Shown here piece by piece: positions 8,142 to 17,484 of a stretch of DNA of 64,000 nt. The stretch's first letter is position 1. Each line of letters starts with the position of its first letter. Under the pieces are notes generated by a model. The model had not been told where the DNA came from and searched no databases. It saw only the letters and a program-made list of their open reading frames with translations. The translations under genes and the position numbers were made by a program. Origin of the DNA: Methanocella sp. (GTDB lineage Archaea; Thermoproteota; Bathyarchaeia; Bathyarchaeales; Bathycorpusculaceae); the NCBI GenBank assembly GCA_050261115.1, contig JBLNCY010000010.1:96001-160000 (forward strand). The letters run 5' to 3'.

Positions 8142-9599
8142 TTATCGTGTTAGCCAGCCGTTCTTTTTAAATCCCCATATCGCGGGGAACAATACCCATG
8201 GGAGCACTAACGCTGACATTAGATTCATGATGGGCTTGTATGTCCAGTGTTTTGCTGTTGGATCCCTGAATTTGTAGTCTAATCCCATGACTAGTCCGAT
8301 CAGCATTTGCCCTGCCAAATAAGTGACCGGGTACAAGTATGAATGGAGAACGATTGGTCCCCAGATGAATATGGAGAAGATTATGGCTGGAGCTATAAAG
8401 ACCGACATGAATTCCAAATAGAACAGCAAAGCCATGATCGGGTTCTTGCGCCAGAAAAATGCGCTCATAAAAAAGGTTGAGCGTAGGTACCCTTTCTTCC
8501 AGCGGGTTTGCTGCCGAATGTAGGTCCGCAAGTTTTCTGGTACGTCGGTGTAAACGACTGCTGTGGGCGCATAGACTGTTTCCCATTCTACTGCTATGGC
8601 TTGTGTGGTTAATGCGCGGTCTTCTGCATCGTCATAGCTTGCCATGGAAGCTAACATATGGGTCTTTAGGGGTGCTAATTGCCCCTTGGCCCAGGGCGTC
8701 GCAATAGCGTATGTTGTGAGGTTTCGGTCGTCGCCATATTGGATTTTATCGTTAGCCCATATGCTTACAAATTTGCTTATGGCTTCCCGTCGGTAAGCGG
8801 CTAAACAGCCCGACAAGCATAGTACCGTGCCAAAGAAGCTTTCGGAGGATTTACAGACGTTGAAGGAGTAGTCGTACCAAACGTCTTGGCATCGGGTTAG
8901 AAAGTTCTTGTCTGCATTTAGGACTTTGCCGTTTCCAACTATACCGCCAACCTTGGGGTTTGCGGCAAAGACCTTCATAAACTCCTCGATCGCATACTTA
9001 TCCACGATGCTGTCAGAGTCGATTAGCACTACAAAGTCGCCTCTTGCTGCGTAGAAACCAGTGGCGACGGCGGTCCGTTTTCCACCATTTGGTTTATGGA
9101 TTACTCTAAGGCGGGGATTTTTCTGTGCTAATGTGTCGAGGACTTTTGCGGTGTTGTCTTTGCTGCCATCGTTGACGGCTACGATTTCGAGGTTTCGATA
9201 TGACGAGCTGGAGACTGCTTTCACGACTTTTTCGATTAGGTTCTCTTGGTTATAAACGGGGATAATTACTGATACTAAGTCGTCTGGGGTTTTTCCTGTT
9301 GCTCTATTTTTAAAAAAGACCCAGCCCGTGACTAGAACTATCAAGGCGTGGATAGGCATCAACGTGGAATATACGATTAAGGGGTCTCCGACCGACAACG
9401 CGATTGCCGTGTTGAAGGCCAAAAAAGCGGTTAAACCTACAAGCATAAGCGCCCTAAGCACCCAAGCCTTTTTGCTAACAAAAATACGGCCGCTATTAGC
9501 AATCCGCTGCTTACAATGTCCACTTGCCTTTTCCTGTTCTTGGGGTGCCTCTATGCCATCTAATCGCAGTTCAGCGGCTGGTATCTGAATTTGCTCCAT
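8142..9599 (-). CDS. Processive GT2 glycosyltransferase, hyaluronan synthase/NodC/IcaA-like
   Basis: 2 N-terminal TM helices; VNDGSKD, GKR, DSDS, CLSGCLAAYR, GDDR/AEDR and QQTRW motifs; C-terminal TM helices. Confidence 0.85.
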   Translation of the reverse strand: MEQIQIPAAELRLDGIEAPQEQEKASGHCKQRIANSGRIFVSKKAWVLRALMLVGLTAFLAFNTAIALSVGDPLIVYSTLMPIHALIVLVTGWVFFKNRATGKTPDDLVSVIIPVYNQENLIEKVVKAVSSSSYRNLEIVAVNDGSKDNTAKVLDTLAQKNPRLRVIHKPNGGKRTAVATGFYAARGDFVVLIDSDSIVDKYAIEEFMKVFAANPKVGGIVGNGKVLNADKNFLTRCQDVWYDYSFNVCKSSESFFGTVLCLSGCLAAYRREAISKFVSIWANDKIQYGDDRNLTTYAIATPWAKGQLAPLKTHMLASMASYDDAEDRALTTQAIAVEWETVYAPTAVVYTDVPENLRTYIRQQTRWKKGYLRSTFFMSAFFWRKNPIMALLFYLEFMSVFIAPAIIFSIFIWGPIVLHSYLYPVTYLAGQMLIGLVMGLDYKFRDPTAKHWTYKPIMNLMSALVLPWVLFPAIWGFKKNGWLTR

Positions 9600-9601
9600 T
9601 C

Positions 9602-10324
9602 TTATGCCTCCTGCACTGTCAAGTCAAGTCCTGTTAGCTGAGAAGCGTTAACGAACTCGAAGTCCCCGTGGGTAAGTGTGGACAAGTAGGTTTGGATGGC
9701 ATCGGTTGGGATGTTGTTGTTGAATTGTAGGATAATGGGCTGTAGTGTTCTTGTGCCTTCTATGTATTCGGGAGTATGGTTGGATGCGTCAAAAACAAGG
9801 GCGGGGTATTTGATGAATTGCCCGTTTTGGTAGACGTTGTAGTGGTCGGTGTAGGAGAAGTCTGCATATATCCCTGAGCGGCCCAGAAGAGAAAATATGT
9901 CTTCGTCGGTGGCGCCGTTTGTTGCTTGAAAGGCCTTGCTGTTGAAGTTGCCGGCTTTGTCTACTGCGGCTTTGCCGTTCTGTACCTCTTGGAGTTTAAG
10001 GGTGTAATCTGTATAGTCGGTTAGGTTTTTGTTGCTGTAGGGTTGGTTTCCGATGTCAACTTTTTCGCCGAAGCAGGTTACGATTTGGGGGTATTGTTCT
10101 GCTATTTTGCCGGCTACAAAAACGGTTGCGGGCAAATCGTAGCTGTTTAGTATGGATGTGAGGTTTTGGCACCACTCAGTTGCGCCGTGAGGGTTTGTGA
10201 CTGAGAAGGTTAGCATTATGCGTTTGTCGACGTTTTCGGGTTTAAAGAAAAGGGGGCTTATCATCGCTGCCCCTACTACTATGACTATAACGGTAGCGAT
10301 TGTGGCCGCTGTCTTCAGTTTCAC
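9602..10324 (-). CDS. Membrane-anchored polysaccharide deacetylase (NodB)-fold protein with degenerate catalytic motifs
   Basis: N-terminal TM; MLTFS (vs TFDD), IL..YDLPATVFV.G, DIGNQPYSN (vs GNHxxxH). Confidence 0.6.
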   Translation of the reverse strand: MKLKTAATIATVIVIVVGAAMISPLFFKPENVDKRIMLTFSVTNPHGATEWCQNLTSILNSYDLPATVFVAGKIAEQYPQIVTCFGEKVDIGNQPYSNKNLTDYTDYTLKLQEVQNGKAAVDKAGNFNSKAFQATNGATDEDIFSLLGRSGIYADFSYTDHYNVYQNGQFIKYPALVFDASNHTPEYIEGTRTLQPIILQFNNNIPTDAIQTYLSTLTHGDFEFVNASQLTGLDLTVQEA

Positions 10325-10340
10325 TAAGAGTAGCGCCCCG

Positions 10341-11252
10341 TTAGATACCGAGTTTCTTTTTGCACGTTGGAACTGTCATTGCTTGATTGAGTGGTACAGC
10401 GCTAATTTCTAAACCGCTAATGAATCTGGTATACGCTATGTCTGACTGGATGGCGGCGGCTATGGTTGAGTTTGGCAAAAGGTGTTTTGAGAGTTCATAA
10501 AACATTTGGGTATCCTTAGGTAAACAGTGTCCGCCGATGCCTTCTCTGGCTTCTAGGAGGTTCTCGTTCCACTTGGTATTTACTGCCTCTCTGAGTTGAT
10601 CGAAATTTAGGGCTTGATCGTGGCAGAACATTTTTAGCTCTTCAGCAAATGCTATCTCAAGGAATCTGTGGGTATTTTCCACTACTTTTGTTAGCTCTGC
10701 GATCTCGATTGATTCTACTGGGTGAAGCGGGATGTTTAGGATGTCACTGTAGAAATATGTGGCCTCTGATAGACAGCAGGCGTGGCAGCCGCCTATGACG
10801 CGTAATTGTTTAACGCCATGCTCTTCTTTTTCTTCGCTAAAGTACCGGTGTGGGGCATGTGCAACGTGGAGTTTATGGTCGAATATTGTGCAAATCTCTT
10901 GGCTTATTCCTTTAGTTATGGTGCTCTCAATTATGACCAGGGCGCCGGGTTTGGCTTCGATGTTGATTTTTTCAGCAACGTTTAGTAGTCCCTCAAGGAA
11001 TGGTAGATACATATTCTTGGGGTTATGGGTTGAGACGCAGATCATGTAATAGTCGTAGCCTCGGAAGTTGGTTGCTTGTGCCTTTATTACCCCGTCCTGC
11101 AGCGCGCGTTGAACTGCTTGTGGGTTAATATCGTAGCCCTCTACGTCTAGGCCTAGTTGAGTCATGTACTCTGCGTTGTGGTATCCTATTTCTCCCAGTC
11201 CAATGATGATGGTCTTGGGTTGTTTTCGATTTAATACGCTTTTTTTAGCCAT
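10341..11252 (-). CDS. UDP-glucose/GDP-mannose (WecC-like) nucleotide-sugar dehydrogenase lacking the C-terminal domain
   Basis: IIGLGEIG, IEST, AELTKVVENT.R...IAFAEEL and GIGGHCLPKD motifs; only 303 aa. Confidence 0.8.
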   Translation of the reverse strand: MAKKSVLNRKQPKTIIIGLGEIGYHNAEYMTQLGLDVEGYDINPQAVQRALQDGVIKAQATNFRGYDYYMICVSTHNPKNMYLPFLEGLLNVAEKINIEAKPGALVIIESTITKGISQEICTIFDHKLHVAHAPHRYFSEEKEEHGVKQLRVIGGCHACCLSEATYFYSDILNIPLHPVESIEIAELTKVVENTHRFLEIAFAEELKMFCHDQALNFDQLREAVNTKWNENLLEAREGIGGHCLPKDTQMFYELSKHLLPNSTIAAAIQSDIAYTRFISGLEISAVPLNQAMTVPTCKKKLGI

Positions 11253-11518
11253 TTCCTTTCTCTTCCTATCGTTTGGTTGCTTTCACCCCTGTTTTTTGCA
11301 TGGCTCTTATGCGTTTTAGCGAATGGGGTTTTGCTGTTTTTAGAAACGGTGGTTCTCTTTTTGAAAAAGGGGCTTTGCAAAATTGCTAACTCGGCTTGGC
11401 AAGTTGCGAGCGTTAACTCGCATAAGCAAGCGCTAACACGTTTATTAACAAGTAACCCAAAGTCGGTTATGATCCCAAAAACGGCAGTTAAAACCGTGAA
11501 TAAGGGCTTCAAACGCTG

Positions 11519-12532
11519 TTAGAGTGTTGTTTGGGGCGTATCTCGGGGCATAGCCACGGCGGAAACCCCGAGTCGTTTGGCGATTTCTTTGGCTAGGGCA
11601 ACGCCCTCGCGTAGGTAGTTGTCCGTAATAACCAGTTTTGCTCGTGTGCGTTTTACGTACTCGATTAAACCATCAAAATCCGAGTGGTCACTGAGAGCGA
11701 TTATGTGCTCGCGGTCGCCGATTTGTCGGCAGGGTTTTTGGAATTCCCAGCCGCTTATGCAGAACCGGGCATTACGTAGTCCCACATGCGAGCGCTGATT
11801 CATGTGATAAAACGCCACACACGGCAAGTTGCCATCTAAGAGCTCATGGCCATCTTTGTCGCTTGACAGCGAGATGGGGCCAAGTTTCATGCCGTGCTTT
11901 CCGCAGACTTTGGTAACTTCATAGACCCGTTCAGGCATAACAAAGGGCACCTGTACATCGGCGTTACGCAAAAGCTGCATAACTTCCTGTAACTTCCCAT
12001 GGTAACCGAAAATGTAAACTGCGCCGCCACGTAAACTCCGCTCAACCATATCCACAAGTAACTGGCGCACGTCCACCCCAAAGTTTCGGCGGCAAGAAGG
12101 CTTCCCGTAAGTGGCTTCCACAACCAGCACGTCACATTCAACGGCGTCTGTGCCCTCGACACGGAAGTCGCCTGACCATGCGATGCGGATGCCGCCGGCG
12201 TCCTCGACGAGGGTTTGGCATGCCCCCAAGATGTGGTCAGCTTTTAGGAGGGTGATTTTTTCGTCGCCGTATTTGAGTACTTTGCCGTATTCGAGTGTGT
12301 GGACGGTTTCTTGGTGGAGGTTGAGGTTTTCGTTTAGAGTCTCGGCTAAGTCGCGGGTGGCTTTTGTCATGATTACTTTTTCGCAGCATTTCACGCTTTT
12401 ACGTAGCCCATAAAGGTGGTCTGCATGGGCATGCGTCACCACACGGATGGGGCGCTTGTCAAAGGCGTCGCAGGCTACACTGTCCCCTAGCAGAATCGCT
12501 CCGTTCTTTGTTACAAGTGCCCGCTCCGCCAA
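11519..12532 (-). CDS. Metallo-beta-lactamase-fold (beta-CASP-like) nuclease
   Basis: THAHADH, HILGA, SGDF, EATYG and LSDHSDF motifs. Confidence 0.8.
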   Translation of the reverse strand: MAERALVTKNGAILLGDSVACDAFDKRPIRVVTHAHADHLYGLRKSVKCCEKVIMTKATRDLAETLNENLNLHQETVHTLEYGKVLKYGDEKITLLKADHILGACQTLVEDAGGIRIAWSGDFRVEGTDAVECDVLVVEATYGKPSCRRNFGVDVRQLLVDMVERSLRGGAVYIFGYHGKLQEVMQLLRNADVQVPFVMPERVYEVTKVCGKHGMKLGPISLSSDKDGHELLDGNLPCVAFYHMNQRSHVGLRNARFCISGWEFQKPCRQIGDREHIIALSDHSDFDGLIEYVKRTRAKLVITDNYLREGVALAKEIAKRLGVSAVAMPRDTPQTTL

Positions 12533-12547
12533 AAGTGGAACCTCAAG

Positions 12548-12952
12548 TTACCGTTCAGTTTTTTCAGCTAGCCACTCGATTAGTTTCTGGGCGTCGTCTG
12601 TTTGGATTGTGAATTTTATGGGTCCAAGAGGGGACTCTGAAGTTTCCTCACTGAAGGATACATGGCCTGCAAAGGCAACTTGCTTGTTTAAGTAGAAGCT
12701 GATGGTGTTGCCCCGGGTGGATTTGAAAAGGAGGCGTCTTGCAGCGTCTCGGATGCGGTCATTGCGCAAAAGATTGCGGAGTTTAATCAGCGCGTCTTGG
12801 CCTTCGGCTTCCGCGGTTAGGCTGCTGCCGGGGTATGCCTCTTTGATGGTGATGGCTGCGTTGCCAAGGACATTGTTAATTGCCTGTCGAACTTTCTCCT
12901 CGTCTTCAGTGGGGTTAATTTCTGTTTCAACAAAAATCGTTACTTCAACCAT
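12548..12952 (-). CDS. UPF0201/DUF54 RNA-binding protein
   Basis: PTEDEEKV..AI.N, IRDAAR, LNKQVAFAG and ESPLGPI motifs. Confidence 0.8.
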   Translation of the reverse strand: MVEVTIFVETEINPTEDEEKVRQAINNVLGNAAITIKEAYPGSSLTAEAEGQDALIKLRNLLRNDRIRDAARRLLFKSTRGNTISFYLNKQVAFAGHVSFSEETSESPLGPIKFTIQTDDAQKLIEWLAEKTER

Positions 12953-13506
12953 TGTGACTCAATCCTTCCAAAATTCTCTCTAACCGAGGCTTTGAAGCCC
13001 TCTATGCTATTATCGTTAACAAGCATCTTCTCGGCCATAGCTATAACATTTCCCAAGCCCACACCCAACTCGCGGGTGTCCCGTTCATGGAAAACTTGAT
13101 AATCTGGCGGGTCATCGCTTCTGCCCCTGATTTTTAGGCGCTCAAACCGAACCTGCGGCGGGGCATGGACAGCGACGAGAACAAAGTTGTCAAAGTGCTC
13201 CCGGAAAATGTCGGCTTCATGGAGGCTGCGTAGGCCGTCGATGAGGACGCGGTTGCTTGGTTGCGTCTCAATTTTGGGGATGCATTTTTTTGCGATGACG
13301 TATTGGCCTTCTTCGGCGCGGAGTTCAAGCATGACTTTGCCGATGTTTTGGGGAGTTGGTTCGAGGCCTCTTAGCCGGGTTTGCTCTCTGACCACGTCGC
13401 CCATGGTAACTATGTCATAGCCCATCTCTTTGGCTGTTTCCACAACAAGGGATTTGCCGGCGCCGGGCATGCCTCCTAAGCCAATAACTAGTTTTTGAGC
13501 GTCCAC
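12940..13506 (-). CDS. Archaeal dephospho-CoA kinase (UPF0200 P-loop kinase)
   Basis: GMPGAGKS, MGDVVRE, IDGLRS, RGRSDD and RD.RELGVG motifs; usual pairing with UPF0201. Confidence 0.8.
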   Translation of the reverse strand: MDAQKLVIGLGGMPGAGKSLVVETAKEMGYDIVTMGDVVREQTRLRGLEPTPQNIGKVMLELRAEEGQYVIAKKCIPKIETQPSNRVLIDGLRSLHEADIFREHFDNFVLVAVHAPPQVRFERLKIRGRSDDPPDYQVFHERDTRELGVGLGNVIAMAEKMLVNDNSIEGFKASVRENFGRIESQWLK

Positions 13507-13705
13507 TGTCTCGAACCTTTTTTGGTTGTATAGCAGACGCCTACATTAAAAAGCGTTTACATCATCGCCAGAAATAATAGCGGTTGCATAAGCGCTTCTA
13601 CTGTCTAAGTGGGACAGCGGTCTAGCAGCAATCAACACTATGGTATCGCGATGCAACCCGTAAAACCCCAACATAAGGTATATAAGACAAAACCCTACAG
13701 TAAGG

Positions 13706-13833
13706 GTAGGTTTGCCGGTCAAAGGGCACGGGTTCCACCTGATCCCATCCCGAACTCAGAAGTTAAACCGTGTTCCGTTCCCAGCTGTAGTGTGGTCTTA
13801 GGCCACGTGAACCTGGGAAAGCTGGCAGCCTAC
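13706..13833 (+). rRNA. rrf: 5S rRNA (stand-alone)
   Basis: CCTGATCCCATCCCGAACTCAGAAGTTAAACC core; terminal helix GTAGG..TGCCGG / CTGGCA.CCTAC; TATATA about 25 nt upstream and T-tract downstream. Confidence 0.92.
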
Positions 13834-13915
13834 TTTTCCCAGTCACTTCATCCCCCGATTTAGCATACCTTTATAGCTTACCTCTAATAGTTTTTGGAGA
13901 AGTGGTGTACACAAT

Positions 13916-15025
13916 TTGAGTTTCGTTCCCGGTTCAGACTCCCTCACACAAGTAATCAGTTTACTAATGTATGGCTTCTTCATCGTCTTCATCTTTTACG
14001 GTCAACGCATTCAAATGTACATAATGGTTCGAGAAGTAGAGAATTCACTGCATAAGCTACGAGTAATAAAAGACGAAGGACGCAAACTAGCCATCGACGT
14101 CTTAAAAGAAATCGGTAAACCAACCGCTGATCCCTCCCAACGCGTCGATCGCTATCTTGACTACTTTACAATCGCGCCCCAAAGCATGGATCCCTCAGGC
14201 ATAGTTAACAAACTCGACCACATCCTTGACGTACGAGACGAGCGCCTCAAAGAAGAAGTCAAGTTAATGGCTCCCGCCATAGCAGACAACGATGTCCAAA
14301 TCAACAACCTAGAAAACACCTTGGAAGCCGCTATGGCGCTTAACTACATATACAAAGTTGTTCGCCACTACTACATCCAGGGCAAGAAAACTTTGAGCCT
14401 CTATGTAATCATGCAGCTTCAAATGATCCTGCCCATGGTTATGAAAGAAGCAGAAGCATACGGCAGCGCACTCAAAGCGTTCGCGTATGGTCAACCCATC
14501 GGCGACAGCGTCGGCCCGCTTGTTGCATCCAAAATCGCTTACGGCTATCCAGCTCGCAAGGTACCCAAGGACTGTGTGGTTACAACTGTACCCTTTGAGG
14601 GACGCACCGCCCTTGTGCTTAAAGCAGAGGGCCCAGGCGGCAACGTTGGCAAGCCTGGCCAAGCAATCGAAACCGTCATCGAAGAGCAACAGGGCAAACT
14701 CAGCATGGTTATCATGATTGATGCTGGCCTCAAGCTTGAAGGTGAAATGGTTGGTGAAGTCTCAGAAGGCATCGGTGCAGCCATCGGTGGACCCGGGGTG
14801 GACGCATTTAAGATTGAGGAGAAAGTCACCAAATACAACTTGCCCCTCTATGCCGTCATAGTTAAAGAAGACATCGGCGACGCAGTGTCACCTATGCGTA
14901 AAGAAATTAACGATGCAGTCGATAAAGTCATCGAACGCGTACGCGACGTCGTCAAAGAACGCACTAACGAAGGCGACACGGTGCTTATCGTTGGTGTTGG
15001 CAACAGCATTGGAGTTGGACAATAA
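13916..15025 (+). CDS. DUF1512 family protein
   Basis: GQPIGDSVGPLVA, KAEGPGGNVGKPG, IDAGLKLEGE and GVGNSIGVGQ motifs. Confidence 0.75.
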   Translation: MSFVPGSDSLTQVISLLMYGFFIVFIFYGQRIQMYIMVREVENSLHKLRVIKDEGRKLAIDVLKEIGKPTADPSQRVDRYLDYFTIAPQSMDPSGIVNKLDHILDVRDERLKEEVKLMAPAIADNDVQINNLENTLEAAMALNYIYKVVRHYYIQGKKTLSLYVIMQLQMILPMVMKEAEAYGSALKAFAYGQPIGDSVGPLVASKIAYGYPARKVPKDCVVTTVPFEGRTALVLKAEGPGGNVGKPGQAIETVIEEQQGKLSMVIMIDAGLKLEGEMVGEVSEGIGAAIGGPGVDAFKIEEKVTKYNLPLYAVIVKEDIGDAVSPMRKEINDAVDKVIERVRDVVKERTNEGDTVLIVGVGNSIGVGQ

Positions 15026-15468
15026 TGAGGCTAAACAGAATGAGCAACCAACAGACAAACGCCACTTCCACAACCGCAAAAATCAGCACCTACCTAATCC
15101 TCATCATAGTAGTCGTGCTTGGGCTATCAGTAGTCTCGCTGTTTGTCGCGGCACAAACTCTCATCGAAGGCGACACCTTGACCGCCGGATTATTCGCGGG
15201 CATAGGTTTAATCGCTATGGTGATGAGCCTGTTCCTGCTGTTCCAGTCAAGAAGAGCCGCGGCAGAAGTTAAGCTGGAAATCCCCAAAGTCATGACAACC
15301 ATCGAATGCCAAAACAAAGGCTGCGCAAACAAAACCATCCGCGAATTCCAACGAGGCGACTACGTATTCAAAGAGACCGACGTCGCATGTGGCAAATGCG
15401 GCGGCAAACAGATGATAACTGCCATCTACAAAGAAGTAAAAGAGAAAGAGAAAACCTACGCCGTCTAA
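15025..15468 (+). CDS. Membrane protein with C-terminal Zn ribbon
   Basis: 2 TM helices, then C..(K)GC...REFQRGDYVF...CGKC...ITAIY; coupled to DUF1512. Confidence 0.7.
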   Translation: MRLNRMSNQQTNATSTTAKISTYLILIIVVVLGLSVVSLFVAAQTLIEGDTLTAGLFAGIGLIAMVMSLFLLFQSRRAAAEVKLEIPKVMTTIECQNKGCANKTIREFQRGDYVFKETDVACGKCGGKQMITAIYKEVKEKEKTYAV

Positions 15469-15499
15469 ACGGCTAGGCACCCATAATTATTTTTTGTTT

Positions 15500-16402
15500 T
15501 TAGGTTAATACTTCGCAGCCGTTTTCTGTTATTAGCAGGGTATGTTCAGCTTGTGCAACTGGTTTTCCGCTGACCTCAACTAGAACAGGGTAAGCCATAA
15601 TCGACTTCGACGACAGCAACTCCTTGAAGGCCGCTTTATGCTGCTCTTTAGGCAACACTCCGATTGTCCAGCGTTCAGCAAAGGGTAAGGTGTGGAAGTT
15701 TGCTTCAATGTACTTGGCGAGTTTTTTTGCAGCGTCAGTCTTTAGCGACTTCGCCTTTAGGTAACGGTAGATTGTGCGTTGGGGGCTGTCGTCTACTCTT
15801 CCAGCGGCGTCGGGTACGGTTACGAAGGGTTCCACGGCGTAAACTCCGCCGACTTCAAGTTTATGCGGATTGAAGCCTGAGACGCTTGGGATGGATGTGC
15901 CCGCGTGGATGAGATACCTGCCGACGCTGTGACCTGTAAGGTTACTTATGGGGCGAAACCCCCGGTTTCTTATTGTTTTCTCAACTAGTGCCCCTATCTC
16001 GCTTAGTTGCATGTGGCCATATACCTTTTCTATTAGGGTGTTGAGTGCGAGTTCAGCTGTTTGGGTCATGGCTCGCCCTTCGGGGTTAAATGGCATGGTG
16101 AACGCTGTGTCGGTTACGTATCCGTCAACTTGGACGCCGATGTCGATTTTGGCTGTGCAGCCCGATGGAATAGTCGCGGTATCCCCTGGTACTGCGGTGT
16201 AGTGTGCTGTAATGGAGTCGATGGATACGTTAACTGGAAACGCTGGTTTGCCACCTTTTGCTCTGATGAGGTTTTCTGCTTTCTCGCAGACTTCTAAAAT
16301 AGACATGTTCTCTTTGACGTAGCTGCGCATTTCCTCGCGTGTTTCACGCAGGATTTTGCCTGATAGGCGAAACTTGGCTAATTCGTCGGTGTCATATGGC
16401 AT
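15500..16402 (-). CDS. map: Methionine aminopeptidase, type II
   Basis: AFPVNVS, AHYT, KIDIGVQVDGYVTDTA, NLTGH, AVEPF and QAEHT motifs. Confidence 0.95.
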   Translation of the reverse strand: MPYDTDELAKFRLSGKILRETREEMRSYVKENMSILEVCEKAENLIRAKGGKPAFPVNVSIDSITAHYTAVPGDTATIPSGCTAKIDIGVQVDGYVTDTAFTMPFNPEGRAMTQTAELALNTLIEKVYGHMQLSEIGALVEKTIRNRGFRPISNLTGHSVGRYLIHAGTSIPSVSGFNPHKLEVGGVYAVEPFVTVPDAAGRVDDSPQRTIYRYLKAKSLKTDAAKKLAKYIEANFHTLPFAERWTIGVLPKEQHKAAFKELLSSKSIMAYPVLVEVSGKPVAQAEHTLLITENGCEVLT

Positions 16403-16603
16403 TTTGCTTCACTGTATAAGGTTGGTTTATGTGGCTTCTTGCTTAAATGCATTAAAAGTAATGGGCATGGTTTTCAGGCATAGGGTTTAGGTGCTGATGA
16501 TCGGCTGTTGTTAGCCAAGTCTCGCCAAATTCTTCAGGGCATCACTATCTTTATATCAACGCATGCCTCATGCGTATTTAGGCTTTTCAAATAAAAAATC
16601 AGC

Positions 16604-17386
16604 TTGATGTTTATTATGATTTTATCTAGAGTGAGCGCTAATCTCAAGGGGAAAATGGAGAGCATCGCATACAAATCTAAGGTGCTAACAAGAGATGTAT
16701 CGGTCTCATCCCAGAATCATTATAAAATCTACTCTGCTAACCCCAAAAAGCTATACTTCCATAGGGAAATCCTCCTATCGTTGCTCCTATCCAACATCAA
16801 AAAAGGCGAGGTAGTTTATGACATCGGAGCAAACATAGGTCTCTATGCTCTTGCAGTAGCCAAAGCAGGGCTGCAAAACAGGATATACGCGTTTGAACCG
16901 AATCCCGAGACTTTTTCTAAACTCAGCGCAAACCTTGCCTTAAACAAATTATCTGGTCGAGTAGAATTCATGCAGGTTGCAGTAGGCAACACTAATGGCG
17001 AAAGCCTCTTTATGCTGTCCTCGGAGCATGAACGTAGCTCCTTTTTTCAGTCCAATGCAGCGTTTGGTAATGCCAAAGTAAAAAGGGCCGTCAAGGTAGA
17101 TGTAAGAACATTAGACTCGTTGATAGAGCAGTTGCTTCCGCCTCAGCATATCAAGATTGATGCGGAAGGCAGCGAAGTTATGGTTCTTGAAGGCGCAGAA
17201 CAAACCATCCGAAGGTACAAGCCGCTTCTCTATATTGAACCGCACAGCTTCGAGCTTGAGGATAAAATTAGCATTATGCTGCAGTTGTTAGATTACGAGT
17301 TTGAGAACTATCGCGGCCACTACATTTGCAACCCTATCGGATCACCTAAACCCATAGTTACTCAGGAGATACTAGCGTTAGCGTAA
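16604..17386 (+). CDS. FkbM family methyltransferase
   Basis: YDIGANIG, YAFEPNP and IKIDAEGSE motifs; start uncertain. Confidence 0.85.
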   Translation: MMFIMILSRVSANLKGKMESIAYKSKVLTRDVSVSSQNHYKIYSANPKKLYFHREILLSLLLSNIKKGEVVYDIGANIGLYALAVAKAGLQNRIYAFEPNPETFSKLSANLALNKLSGRVEFMQVAVGNTNGESLFMLSSEHERSSFFQSNAAFGNAKVKRAVKVDVRTLDSLIEQLLPPQHIKIDAEGSEVMVLEGAEQTIRRYKPLLYIEPHSFELEDKISIMLQLLDYEFENYRGHYICNPIGSPKPIVTQEILALA

Positions 17387-17484
17387 AGATTCCTGCCCTA
17401 CTACATTAGAGAGTCTGGCCAGATATTAGCTGAGCGCAAAAGTGGGGTCTAAACTTTGGAGGGAGAAAAAACGTTTGTCCTTCT

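Noticed and set aside
11231-11522. Two short overlapping ORFs (93 aa and 81 aa)
   Set aside because: They have no recognisable motifs and cover the presumed promoter and leader of the GT2 operon
13609-13863. 84-aa ORF
   Set aside because: It overlaps the 5S rRNA gene
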